64,000 nucleotides of DNA from an uncultured Pseudobdellovibrionaceae bacterium (lineage in GTDB: Bacteria > Bdellovibrionota > Bdellovibrionia > Bdellovibrionales > UBA1609), in assembly GCA_963803705.1 (NCBI GenBank), contig CAWDNU010000001.1, forward strand, positions 96,001-160,000, read 5' to 3'. Numbering within the stretch: the first letter of the stretch is position 1; every line of letters begins with the position of its first letter. The notes under the pieces were generated by a model. That model saw nothing but the letters and a program-made list of their open reading frames with translations. It was not told the origin of the DNA and did no database searches. Made by a program: the position numbers and the translations under genes. Shown here in pieces: positions 33,965 to 43,156 of the stretch.

Positions 33965-34573
33965 ATGAGATTTATAGCTTTTGATTTAGAGACAACTGGT
34001 GTTTTTTCGGGAATTGATAGAATTGTCGAAATAGGTATGGTTCGGTTTGAAAATGGAAAACCTACGGACAAATTTGCCTGTTTGGTCGATCCTAAAATGC
34101 ACATACCCGAAGCTGCTTCTAGAATTAACGGTATCAGCAACGACATGGTACAAGGAAAGTCTACAATTGAATCTTTATTAAAACCAATAACCGAGTACTG
34201 TGAAGATGATGTAATGGTGGCTCACAACGCAAATTTTGATTATCAGTTTTTGCTAGCCGATTTTAAGAAGCACAATATCGAGGCTCCTCAAGGTCTGATT
34301 TTTGACACTTTGCCTCTGTCTAGGAAAGTTTTTCCTGGATTAATGAGTTATAAGTTGGCCACAATTGCTAAGCACCTAAATATTAAAACAGATGTGCTTC
34401 ATAGAGCTGATGACGACGCCCGATATTGCGGTTTTGTTTTTCAACAAATTTTGGAAAGACTCTACCAGGGAGTGGAACCTGACTGGGAAGATTTAGTTCA
34501 AGTTGGTGGTCGTCCTCAAATGAAGTTTCCAGTTATTGAAAAAGAGTTAAGACAATTAGATCTTTTTGGCTAA
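33965..34573 (+). CDS. dnaQ: DEDDh 3'-5' exonuclease (DNA Pol III epsilon-like)
   Basis: FDLETTG, AHNANFD, HRADDD. Confidence 0.85.
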   Translation: MRFIAFDLETTGVFSGIDRIVEIGMVRFENGKPTDKFACLVDPKMHIPEAASRINGISNDMVQGKSTIESLLKPITEYCEDDVMVAHNANFDYQFLLADFKKHNIEAPQGLIFDTLPLSRKVFPGLMSYKLATIAKHLNIKTDVLHRADDDARYCGFVFQQILERLYQGVEPDWEDLVQVGGRPQMKFPVIEKELRQLDLFG

Positions 34574-34578
34574 TGTAT

Positions 34579-34805
34579 TTGGTTTTTTCATAGTACATCT
34601 TCGAAAGTCTTAATTACATATACACGTCAAAAGCGAGTTCTTTGGCGTGAAGCCTTGCTTGATTAGCATGTAGAAACAATCTGAAAAATTTAGCTACGAT
34701 ATTAAAGCTAAAAAAATTTTTGCAAGGCAAATGCTAATACTTGTCTGAGCCTTTTGACGTGTGTATGTAATTAAGACTTTCGAAGATGTACTATGAAAAA
34801 ACCAA
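34579..34805. repeat. 227-bp element with 55-bp terminal inverted repeats (MITE-like or structured RNA)
   Basis: 34579-34633 and 34751-34805 are reverse complements with one mismatch. Confidence 0.85.
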
Positions 34806-34810
34806 GGTTA

Positions 34811-35056
34811 TCAAAGAGATTCTTTGGCGCCAGAGTTGGTACTACTATTATTTTTATTTATAACTTTTTTGCCATACAGTTCTTGTAAATATTTTGCAGC
34901 AACCTCTCTGTCTCTTCTAGAAGTCGTTTTGTCCATTTCTGAATTAGGGTCTTCAACTTCTTTGATCCCACCTCTTATCTGATGCTTAGGATTACCTAAT
35001 GCTAAAGCACTAGCAGACATGTTAAATATTAGTGATATAGTAATTATAACTTTCAC
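34811..35056 (-). CDS. Small secreted protein, positional equivalent of Bdellovibrio hit-locus Bd0108
   Basis: Signal peptide plus a short charged, low-complexity mature part; directly after the RHS/YD gene at the end of the Tad operon. Confidence 0.55.
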   Translation of the reverse strand: MKVIITISLIFNMSASALALGNPKHQIRGGIKEVEDPNSEMDKTTSRRDREVAAKYLQELYGKKVINKNNSSTNSGAKESL

Positions 35057-35065
35057 TGTCAGATC

Positions 35066-36739
35066 CTAAATACTTATATCGTCAGCAGCTGGGCCAATAA
35101 CTCTTAATATATTATTAAATATTGTAGCGACTTGAGTGGCTACAGCTGTGCCTTGCTTACTTTTTACGGACGAGATTTCACCTTGATTATTATATTTCAC
35201 AGCTATAGCTCCTAAACCGGGACGACTAAGCACTCTAGGCTTACCCGTTGATTTATCATAGCTTATTTTCAATACTTTTTTAGTATGATCTGCAACCATG
35301 TAAATTCTTCCAGATTGATCGTAGCTTAATTTAGCCGATTCACCCTTAGAGTTAGCGGCTACCTTCAAATTGCAAGATGGCATGTAATAAATGTAGTTGG
35401 TCGTTACCGACGATGCAACTTTACGTTTTAAAAAATTGTCTTGGACAATTTTAGAAACTTTACTACAGGCGTTTTTATAGTAGTATTTTAGGCGCTCGGT
35501 GCTTGTCTTTCTAGTTCTTAATAAACCGTTCGTGTAGTAATTGTAGTAGGCGATGTCTTGACCGTCTTGTTTGTAGATAGGTCGCCCAAAGTCAGCGTGA
35601 TATTTTACGTCTGTCACAATTCCGTTAACTATTGATTTTACTCGAGCTAAATACTTACCAGATTTGTCAGCTTTTTCTTTATGCCAAAATTCGTATTTTG
35701 ATGTGTTGGTGATTTTGCCCTTACATAATTTTTTTACTTCAGACCAATAGTGGTTTCTTGGATCATCTTCAGAGTCTTTATATTTGTAAGTTTCAACGCA
35801 GTTTTGTTGATCGACAAATTGAATAACCCAATCCTTATCCTGATTGTATTTAAACGATTTAGTAGTTTTATCTGGATATTTTGCTTCTGTCATATTGTGT
35901 AGATCATCATACTTATAGGCGTAGCTACCTATCGCCTTGCCTGCCACCGCTACAAGGTCATGAGCCCTGTACCTGTAGAAAACCACAATATTGGCCGGTG
36001 TTGCAACAATTTTTGAAACTTTAGAGTTATTCTTGTTATAAGCGAAATCGAATCTTCTTGATTTATTGTCTATTACGCTAACCAATTTATTATTTGCATA
36101 AGTCAGCTTTATAAAGTTCTTAGAATTATCATACATCGCGACCATGCGGCCCATCTTATCAAACATTTGATAAGTTCCATCGGCTAAAACTCGTTTGTAA
36201 GAATCATCATTTACGATCAAACGTTCAGAACCGCGACCGGAAGTGTAATAGGTCTTTCCCTTGGTAATCTTGCCCTTGAAACCTAGTTCGTTCGCCAATG
36301 CTTCTCGTAAAAATTCGTTATTTTTTAGCTCTTTTTCAAGATTCGTAAAGTACTGTGCTTTTAATCCAGACCCTTTCTTATCCACTTTTACCTTTGTGAT
36401 AATTTGCTTCACGAGCACGTCTAAATTGCCTGATCCAGATTTTTTCGAAGCATAGGTGATCTCTTGCCCACCTCCGCACTCTATAACTTTGATTTTTGAA
36501 TCGGGCGTTACCTCAATCTTAGTTTCAAACCCCGAACACCAACCAAATCCAAAAATACCATCGTATATAGATCTGCTATTGTAAGTCCTTTCAACTTTCA
36601 GGATGTAGCCAGGGCCACCCAAATCCACATCAACAAGTGTTTCGACATAGTTGGCATCTTTCATGTCGATCAAAGCTAAACTCATAGCTGAATAAACTTG
36701 AATAAAGATAATCGCTGAAATTAATTTTAGTTTACTCAT
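35066..36739 (-). CDS. Secreted YD/RHS-repeat protein (Bd0109-like)
   Basis: RTYNSRS..GIFGFGW (RHS N-terminal), YD repeats; no toxin C-terminus or PxxxxDPxG motif. Confidence 0.85.
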   Translation of the reverse strand: MSKLKLISAIIFIQVYSAMSLALIDMKDANYVETLVDVDLGGPGYILKVERTYNSRSIYDGIFGFGWCSGFETKIEVTPDSKIKVIECGGGQEITYASKKSGSGNLDVLVKQIITKVKVDKKGSGLKAQYFTNLEKELKNNEFLREALANELGFKGKITKGKTYYTSGRGSERLIVNDDSYKRVLADGTYQMFDKMGRMVAMYDNSKNFIKLTYANNKLVSVIDNKSRRFDFAYNKNNSKVSKIVATPANIVVFYRYRAHDLVAVAGKAIGSYAYKYDDLHNMTEAKYPDKTTKSFKYNQDKDWVIQFVDQQNCVETYKYKDSEDDPRNHYWSEVKKLCKGKITNTSKYEFWHKEKADKSGKYLARVKSIVNGIVTDVKYHADFGRPIYKQDGQDIAYYNYYTNGLLRTRKTSTERLKYYYKNACSKVSKIVQDNFLKRKVASSVTTNYIYYMPSCNLKVAANSKGESAKLSYDQSGRIYMVADHTKKVLKISYDKSTGKPRVLSRPGLGAIAVKYNNQGEISSVKSKQGTAVATQVATIFNNILRVIGPAADDISI

Positions 36740-36751
36740 GAAACTTATCTC

Positions 36752-37654
36752 CTAAACTTTAATTGTAACAATTTTTTTTATCACAAAGCCACCAATAACT
36801 ACCAAAACAAATACGCCTAATAGGGCCAACATGCCCATGGTCGTGGTAAATAGTGGTTCGATAAACTTTGGATCCATGACTTTGAATATAAGTAGTAGTA
36901 AAAAAGGAACACATGAAATAATAATACCTTGCATAGTGCCCTGGGCGGTCATGGCTTCAATTTTTTTCTCTACCTTTTGTCTTTCTCGGACAACCATATT
37001 TATGGTCTCGAAAGTTTCTCCCAAATTGCCGCCCGTTTCTTTTAAAATATTTATGGAGGTCACAAGCATTTGTACGTCTTGTCTTGGAACTCTGTCTCCG
37101 AAGACGTTCAGTGAGTCCTCCACAGTCATGCCAAGGCGAATTCTAGCCAAAGCATTACTGAACTCTTGAGCTAAGGGTCCGCTCATATTTTCAGTTACTC
37201 GTTCCATAGCTTGGGTGACACTTCGCCCAGCTTTTACGCTGTTAGCCATTATTGTCATACCATCTACCATTTGTTCTACAACACGACCACAGCGTTTTTG
37301 ATACATAGAATTTATATATACAACTGGAATCTTTATACCTGCAAAAACAGCTGCAATGGCCATGAAAAATCCTAGTTGAACATTTGGCCAACAAAAAAGA
37401 AAAACTATAGATCCTAAACCGTAGCTTAACAACAGTAAGGTCCACAGCAATTTTTTATGTTCGACTTGAGTATCCATAAGATCGAATAGGTTTTCGATTT
37501 CATCTTTAGAGGCCAACGTCTTTTTTTCCATATAATTATATATTATAGGGCTGCCAAAAAGAGAGGCCGTAAAAATAGCTAAACCAAATAAGGGTAAGGC
37601 GATCCAGGTTTGACCGAATATTCCTGATAATTGGCTTAAAAAATCTTGTTCCAT
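36752..37654 (-). CDS. tadB: Tad pilus inner-membrane platform TadB
   Basis: T2SS-F domain, ETGGNL, MTAQG; downstream of tadA. Confidence 0.9.
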   Translation of the reverse strand: MEQDFLSQLSGIFGQTWIALPLFGLAIFTASLFGSPIIYNYMEKKTLASKDEIENLFDLMDTQVEHKKLLWTLLLLSYGLGSIVFLFCWPNVQLGFFMAIAAVFAGIKIPVVYINSMYQKRCGRVVEQMVDGMTIMANSVKAGRSVTQAMERVTENMSGPLAQEFSNALARIRLGMTVEDSLNVFGDRVPRQDVQMLVTSINILKETGGNLGETFETINMVVRERQKVEKKIEAMTAQGTMQGIIISCVPFLLLLIFKVMDPKFIEPLFTTTMGMLALLGVFVLVVIGGFVIKKIVTIKV

Positions 37655-37676
37655 ACTTATTTTTAGACCTCTGCGC

Positions 37677-39869
37677 CTATTCGCCGCTTGCTTTTTTTAC
37701 TTGCGCTATTTTTCTTCGAACCGGCATCGCTGTTTTATTTTGAATTTCAGGCACTTTTTCATTTGAAAATATGCTTCGAGGAATTTGAACTCCCCTTGCC
37801 TCAAACTTTTCAATGAATGTTGGTACTAGACCAGTCGACTGAAAAGAGCCGATGATCTTTCTTTTTTTGTCGAACCCTTCTTCTTTAAATTTAAATATTT
37901 CAGATAATGTAACTACATCACCCTGCATACCGACGACTTCAGTTATTGCTTTAATTTTTCGACTTCCATCACTTAATCTGCCAATTTGAACAATCAGATT
38001 CACAGCACTCGCTATCTGCTCTCTGATAGCTCGCATTGGTAGATCCATTCCAGCCATCAGACATAATGTCTCTAGTCGTCCAATAGCCTCTTTGGGGTTA
38101 TTGGCGTGGACAGTTGTCATAGAGCCATCGTGACCAGTGTTCATAGCTTGCAGCATGTCTAGAGCAGCTCCATCACGACACTCACCAACCACAATACGAT
38201 CTGGTCTCATTCTTAGAGAGTTTCGGACTAAGTCCCTGATTGTGATCGCATTAGAGCCATCCATGCCTGCTGGACGGGTTTCTAACCTTACTACGTGTTC
38301 CTGTTTCATCTGCAATTCTGCAGCATCCTCAACAGTAACTATACGTTCATTCGATGGAATAAAGCCTGACATGGTATTTAGCAATGTAGTCTTACCCGAG
38401 CCTGTGCCGCCAGAAATGACGATGTTCAAACCTTGTTCGACACAAATTCTAAGAAAATCGACCATGCTTTTGCTCATGGACCCCCAAGCTAAATAATTTT
38501 CATAAGTTATACTTTCCTTTGAAAACTTTCTGATTGTTAAAGCAGGACCATCAATAGCTAATGGTTCGATAACTGCATTTACTCGGCTACCGTCAGCAAG
38601 TCTTGCATCAACGTAAGGGTTTTTATCGGTAATTTGTCGCCCCAATGGCATGACAATTCTTTGAATAACATTACGTAATTGTAGATTGCTAGTAAACCTT
38701 GAAGGACTTAGTACAACCTTACCACTTTTTTCTACAAAAATTTTTTCGCAGCCATTGACCATTATTTCTGTGATAGATACATCATCTAGTAGCTCTTCAA
38801 GAGGACCTAGTTTAAGAGCCTCGTCCAAAATTTCCTTAATAGTCTGTGTCCTCAAATCCCTATTTAACCCTGGCGAAAATTGATCGAGCAGTTTTGTTAT
38901 AATTCTCTGTGCCTTCAGTTCTAACAGTCTTTCTTTTTCGGGATCCCCTTTTGTGTCATTTAGATCTTTTTTTAAATCTGAATCTTTTATAAGTTCTGAA
39001 TGGATCTGCACTTTCAGCTGAAGATGGTCGTTAGTGATTTTACTTGCAACTTTAGAGCGCGACGTACTAGAGCTTTCATGTTTCTTTGAAGAGCTTGACT
39101 GGGATAAAGATTTTAATTTTTGTAAAACACCACCCGTTAGTTTTCTAATAACTTCATTATGTGCCATGGACACTGGGTGACGAGGGTTTGAGTAACAAAA
39201 TGGAGATCCATTATTCAATGAATTGTAAACCAGCACGTCGTCCTGCGGGATCGCCGATAACACTGGTCGTCTTAAAGATTCACCAATGGCCCTTGGATTC
39301 AATGCACTGGAGTGCGCTTTGTTTACGACCACCTGGAAAATTTCTGCAGGATAGGTTGCAGTTAATAGCTCATTTAATAACTTTTTAGTTTGAGTTACGG
39401 TCAATATATCCGGCGTCGTTACGATTAAACCAGAACTGATCTCATCCAGTATCTTATATTGTAAGGATGTAAACTGGTTTCCTAGATCAACAATTATAAA
39501 TTTATAAAATTGACTGAAAGTCTGCAAGGCCTTCATAAACAGATCTTCATCGACATTAAACGGAGCTGATGGGTCGGTTATCGCGGCTAAATAATCAATA
39601 CCTGAGCTATGTGTGGTTATATGAGACTTAAAAGTTGCAGGAGTTAACGCAGAGCTGAGATTGCATAAATCACTGATATTTTTTTCTGGTCTCACACCCA
39701 AAATTATATTTTGATCACCACAGGTTTTAGAATCCAAATCGATTAGAAGTGTTCTAGATTTAAGTTCATTCTGAATAGCAATAGCAAAGTTTGCTGCGAA
39801 AATACTTTTTCCGACTCCGCCTTTAGAACCCAAAATACCTATCATATGACAGCCGCTGCTTACCGACAA
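37677..39869 (-). CDS. tadA: TadZ/CpaE-TadA/CpaF fusion ATPase
   Basis: N-terminal MinD-like GSKGGVGKS; C-terminal GGTGSGKTT, LRMRPDRIVVGE, MNTGHDGS. Confidence 0.92.
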   Translation of the reverse strand: MSVSSGCHMIGILGSKGGVGKSIFAANFAIAIQNELKSRTLLIDLDSKTCGDQNIILGVRPEKNISDLCNLSSALTPATFKSHITTHSSGIDYLAAITDPSAPFNVDEDLFMKALQTFSQFYKFIIVDLGNQFTSLQYKILDEISSGLIVTTPDILTVTQTKKLLNELLTATYPAEIFQVVVNKAHSSALNPRAIGESLRRPVLSAIPQDDVLVYNSLNNGSPFCYSNPRHPVSMAHNEVIRKLTGGVLQKLKSLSQSSSSKKHESSSTSRSKVASKITNDHLQLKVQIHSELIKDSDLKKDLNDTKGDPEKERLLELKAQRIITKLLDQFSPGLNRDLRTQTIKEILDEALKLGPLEELLDDVSITEIMVNGCEKIFVEKSGKVVLSPSRFTSNLQLRNVIQRIVMPLGRQITDKNPYVDARLADGSRVNAVIEPLAIDGPALTIRKFSKESITYENYLAWGSMSKSMVDFLRICVEQGLNIVISGGTGSGKTTLLNTMSGFIPSNERIVTVEDAAELQMKQEHVVRLETRPAGMDGSNAITIRDLVRNSLRMRPDRIVVGECRDGAALDMLQAMNTGHDGSMTTVHANNPKEAIGRLETLCLMAGMDLPMRAIREQIASAVNLIVQIGRLSDGSRKIKAITEVVGMQGDVVTLSEIFKFKEEGFDKKRKIIGSFQSTGLVPTFIEKFEARGVQIPRSIFSNEKVPEIQNKTAMPVRRKIAQVKKASGE

Positions 39870-39970
39870 AATCTACTCCTTTAAATGTAGACGCTCTTAA
39901 GAATATTAAGAGGTTTTCCTACTGTATCTTTTCGGTACTTTCAGAAAATGACCTGAGTCCAGGAATTCAT

Positions 39971-40126
39971 TTAGGTGCCAGGTTAGGTGCCAGGTTAGGT
40001 GCCAGGTTAGGTGCCAGGTTAGGTGCCAGGTTAGGTGCCAGGTTAGGTGCCAGGTTAGGTGCCAGGTTAGGTGCCAGGTTAGGTGCCAGGTTAGGTGCCA
40101 GGTTAGGTGCCAGGTTAGGTGCCAGG
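39971..40126. repeat. Perfect tandem array (TTAGGTGCCAGG)x13
   Basis: 13 identical 12-mers counted from 39971 to 40126. Confidence 0.97.
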
Positions 40127-40175
40127 TTCCGAATGCTGGTTGCAATGCAACATGCATTCGGAACCTGGCACCTAA
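40115..40175. repeat. REP-like palindrome, copy 1
   Basis: TTAGGTGCCAGGTTCCGAATGC / GCATTCGGAACCTGGCACCTAA, a 22-bp perfect stem whose left arm is the last array unit. Confidence 0.9.
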
Positions 40176-40197
40176 AGGCACCTAAATCACCTAGAGG

Positions 40198-41727
40198 CTA
40201 TCGGTCTAGCCTAAACTTTCTTTTGATTTTATCAGCACCTACGCTTGCGCTGCTCTTGATGTACGGAGTGATAAACATAACAAACTGGGCTTGGCTTCTA
40301 TTGTTAGCTTTAGAAGCTAACAGCTTGAACAAAGGTGATCCTCCGCCAGTCTCTTCAGGAGCTCGGTTGTAATCAGTTGAAGACCTGCTTTCCACTAATC
40401 CACCTAAGGCTGCACTTTGGCCAGATCTGACCGTCACTTTTGTGTTTACAACATTTCTAGATGTAAGAGGTCCCTCTGCTGTATTTTCCAATATTTCTCC
40501 GGACGAAAATTTAACATCCATAGCAATAATATCTGACCTAGCTCCGGTGACCTTAGGTTTTACAGTTAAATCGATTCCAACAGGCCGCGGCTGGCCAGTG
40601 GAAGGGCCGTTCAAAGACTGGATTAATACTGGAATTTCTCTTTTGGATTCAAAAAACCCTTCGTTCCCGTCTTCTACAATCATACTGATACTTCTAAGAA
40701 CTCTGGCATGTCCGTGCTCTCTGGCCCAGTTTAGCTTTGGTAGCAAGTTACTAATTACAGCAGCTATTGTTCCAACTGTTGTAGTGGCACCACTAGTGCT
40801 GCGCTCATACCTGTATTGTGTGTCATCCCCAATAGTTGGTATCCACTGAAAGTTAAAACCTCTTTCGTAAGTTTTTGAAAGCTCAACAAAATGTACAACG
40901 ATCTGTACTGTTTTAGGCGGACGACTAGGCGGGTCTGGTTGAATTCTTAGGTGATTTATCACTCGCCCTAAAACGTAGTCTCCATCCGAAATAGCTTTCT
41001 TCTTAATTATTGAACTACCTGGGATTGGGGCTGGGTCTGCAAACTCTGAAACCTCTTTTGGTACATATGCTTGGGCTATACGTAAGGCTTCGTCTCTTTC
41101 GTCTAGATCTCTAGCTATGCCCTCTAAGATGAAAAATGAATTGACCACGCGTACTGAGATTTCAGGATTATTGATATCTCTTTCAATTAAGTTAGCTATC
41201 TTAGTCATAGCTAGTGGACTTAACCTTACTAGACTAACCGCCTGCTTAGGGTATTGCATCACAACAGATACAATTCTGTTCATATCGCTAGGCAAAATAA
41301 TCTGTCCATCAACTACGACTTTGTTATTTAAAACCTTGATTTCGATACCTTCAACATTTCCTAACAAAGACTTTATTTCTTTAGCTACTCGATCTAGGTC
41401 GTTTTTATTTACGAAAAAACGCATCTGCTTTATTATACTACCGTCTTTTCTGTCTACAAAAGTAAGTAGTGTTGAACCTTGCCTAATAGGATTAATTTGT
41501 AGAATTTTTTTTTCATTATCCCAAGCAATCTTTATGTACTTTTCAAAGGCCCTACTTTTAAGTTTAAAGCGGCTTTGGTCTAACATGTCTGGCATCGGAA
41601 TCTCTTCATAAAGTCCTAGCAGTAGATCTTTTTTTTCTAATTCAAACAAAAATCGATCTTGAGTTTTTGAATTACTCAAAGTCGAGATTACTGAACATAT
41701 CAAAAACAGAACTACTTTTAAGTACAC
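40198..41727 (-). CDS. rcpA: Tad secretin RcpA/CpaC with BON-like domains
   Basis: C-terminal secretin domain (GHARVL, VRSGQSAALGGL, FITP); Tad context. Confidence 0.88.
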   Translation of the reverse strand: MYLKVVLFLICSVISTLSNSKTQDRFLFELEKKDLLLGLYEEIPMPDMLDQSRFKLKSRAFEKYIKIAWDNEKKILQINPIRQGSTLLTFVDRKDGSIIKQMRFFVNKNDLDRVAKEIKSLLGNVEGIEIKVLNNKVVVDGQIILPSDMNRIVSVVMQYPKQAVSLVRLSPLAMTKIANLIERDINNPEISVRVVNSFFILEGIARDLDERDEALRIAQAYVPKEVSEFADPAPIPGSSIIKKKAISDGDYVLGRVINHLRIQPDPPSRPPKTVQIVVHFVELSKTYERGFNFQWIPTIGDDTQYRYERSTSGATTTVGTIAAVISNLLPKLNWAREHGHARVLRSISMIVEDGNEGFFESKREIPVLIQSLNGPSTGQPRPVGIDLTVKPKVTGARSDIIAMDVKFSSGEILENTAEGPLTSRNVVNTKVTVRSGQSAALGGLVESRSSTDYNRAPEETGGGSPLFKLLASKANNRSQAQFVMFITPYIKSSASVGADKIKRKFRLDR

Positions 41728-41735
41728 TTGCTCTC

Positions 41736-42665
41736 CTATAAGGATTTAAATCTTTTTGATCTAGAATTTGCTCTTCTCTTTTTACTTTTTGGTGATGCTG
41801 AAAGTGAATCCGATGAACCTGATACGCTTGAAATTTCACTTGAACTTGGAACTATAGATGATGCTGCATTTCTTGAAGGTGTTTTCACTGATGATCTGCC
41901 AAGAACGTCTTCAACTGAAGTTGTTAGCTTTCCAATAGCACCAGTGTCTGAAGGATTTCTTAAAGTCATAAAAAGGTCTGCCGGGTTCGTTGCCATAATG
42001 TAGATAAGTTTTTGGGCTTCTGCTGGTGAAGCTTCAATCGTGATCGAGTCATAATTTGTGTTTTTGCTAAGTGATTTAATTAAATAGTTCGTACCACTTT
42101 TATCCAGTTCATAGTCTGCTGGGATTTGATTCTGAACAGTAGTTCCTGTCGCCAATATAATTACATTTTGCATGATAGCTTTGACTTCTCGTTTCTGGTT
42201 TTGACCACTTCCCGAAACAACAGAGGCAATCATATCTACTCGATCACCAGGCTTTAAAAGCTTAGCAACACCCCTCATTGCATCTACAGGAATTGTAATA
42301 GCGCGTTTTCCAGGAGCCACTTGATAGGAAAGACCGGTCAATGCACCTGGCTGTGATATCTTAGTTCTTAAAATTTGTTCGCCAGCTATTATTGGAGTCA
42401 GAGCCACAAAGCCCCTTAGTTCAGAAGGATCGGTAACTGCTTGAGGCATAACAAATTCCTCTGGAATTTCTTTCACTTCAACTAGTGTCTCATCCATTGG
42501 GTACATTTCATTTATATCTTGTTTTGCAACGACCACTGTTTTTCGTTTACCAAATTTAATTGTGACTTCTTTATTCTTTTCTTGCATCCAAGAATATAAT
42601 AAAAAAACAGAGAACAAAGCAGCTCCAACTGATATCCACAATGTCTTAGTGTCTGACTGGTTCAT
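41736..42665 (-). CDS. cpaB: Flp pilus assembly protein CpaB/RcpC
   Basis: SAF domain VVVAKQDI; GKRAITIPVD, LKPGDRVD, LRNP. Confidence 0.92.
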   Translation of the reverse strand: MNQSDTKTLWISVGAALFSVFLLYSWMQEKNKEVTIKFGKRKTVVVAKQDINEMYPMDETLVEVKEIPEEFVMPQAVTDPSELRGFVALTPIIAGEQILRTKISQPGALTGLSYQVAPGKRAITIPVDAMRGVAKLLKPGDRVDMIASVVSGSGQNQKREVKAIMQNVIILATGTTVQNQIPADYELDKSGTNYLIKSLSKNTNYDSITIEASPAEAQKLIYIMATNPADLFMTLRNPSDTGAIGKLTTSVEDVLGRSSVKTPSRNAASSIVPSSSEISSVSGSSDSLSASPKSKKRRANSRSKRFKSL

Positions 42666-43133
42666 CTACTCTCCACAACCTGATGTTAAACAAATTCCAT
42701 GTCCTACTTTCACCCAAACGTTTTTAAAGTAGTGTCTTTCGTTTCTTCTTTGTCGGCTTATGTCCCCGTAAGCTGTAGAGTTGTGGGCGTCCGGATTTGA
42801 AGCCACGTCAGGACTTCTGTCCCTATAGTCGATGTTCATCTTAGCTGCTATAAACACGGCACCGTCTAGTCCAGGTTCTCTGACAGTAAAGTATCTATGC
42901 TCAGTTATATTATAGCTGTTATCAGATCCACCCCGTACATCTCTTAAATAGCTAACGTTGGCCCTGTGCCTGATTTGCTCAAAACCATAGGCTCTAGATG
43001 CAATTGAACTAAGAATCATTTTCTGAGTTACTCCATAGAAACCAATAGTGAAACCAACTAAGGCCACAAACACAAAAATCATTGGTATTGTTTCAAGAAC
43101 GGCCAAGCCTTTTTCTTTTTTGCGCCTTTGCAT
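42666..43133 (-). CDS. TadE/TadF-like pseudopilin
   Basis: Class III signal KG/LAVLE followed by a hydrophobic helix. Confidence 0.75.
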   Translation of the reverse strand: MQRRKKEKGLAVLETIPMIFVFVALVGFTIGFYGVTQKMILSSIASRAYGFEQIRHRANVSYLRDVRGGSDNSYNITEHRYFTVREPGLDGAVFIAAKMNIDYRDRSPDVASNPDAHNSTAYGDISRQRRNERHYFKNVWVKVGHGICLTSGCGE

Positions 43134-43156
43134 CTTTGTCCCCTTGGAAATTTTTT

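Noticed and set aside
34579..34805. Retron msr-msd or DGR template
   Set aside because: No reverse transcriptase in the window and no matching variable repeat seen.
35066..36739. Polymorphic RHS toxin with immunity gene
   Set aside because: No PxxxxDPxG cleavage motif or toxin C-terminus; context matches the Tad-associated RHS protein.
39971..40126. CRISPR array or telomere
   Set aside because: Units are 12 bp, directly abutting with no spacers, and no cas genes are present. The TTAGG resemblance to telomeric repeats is internal to an operon and explained by the REP-like arm.
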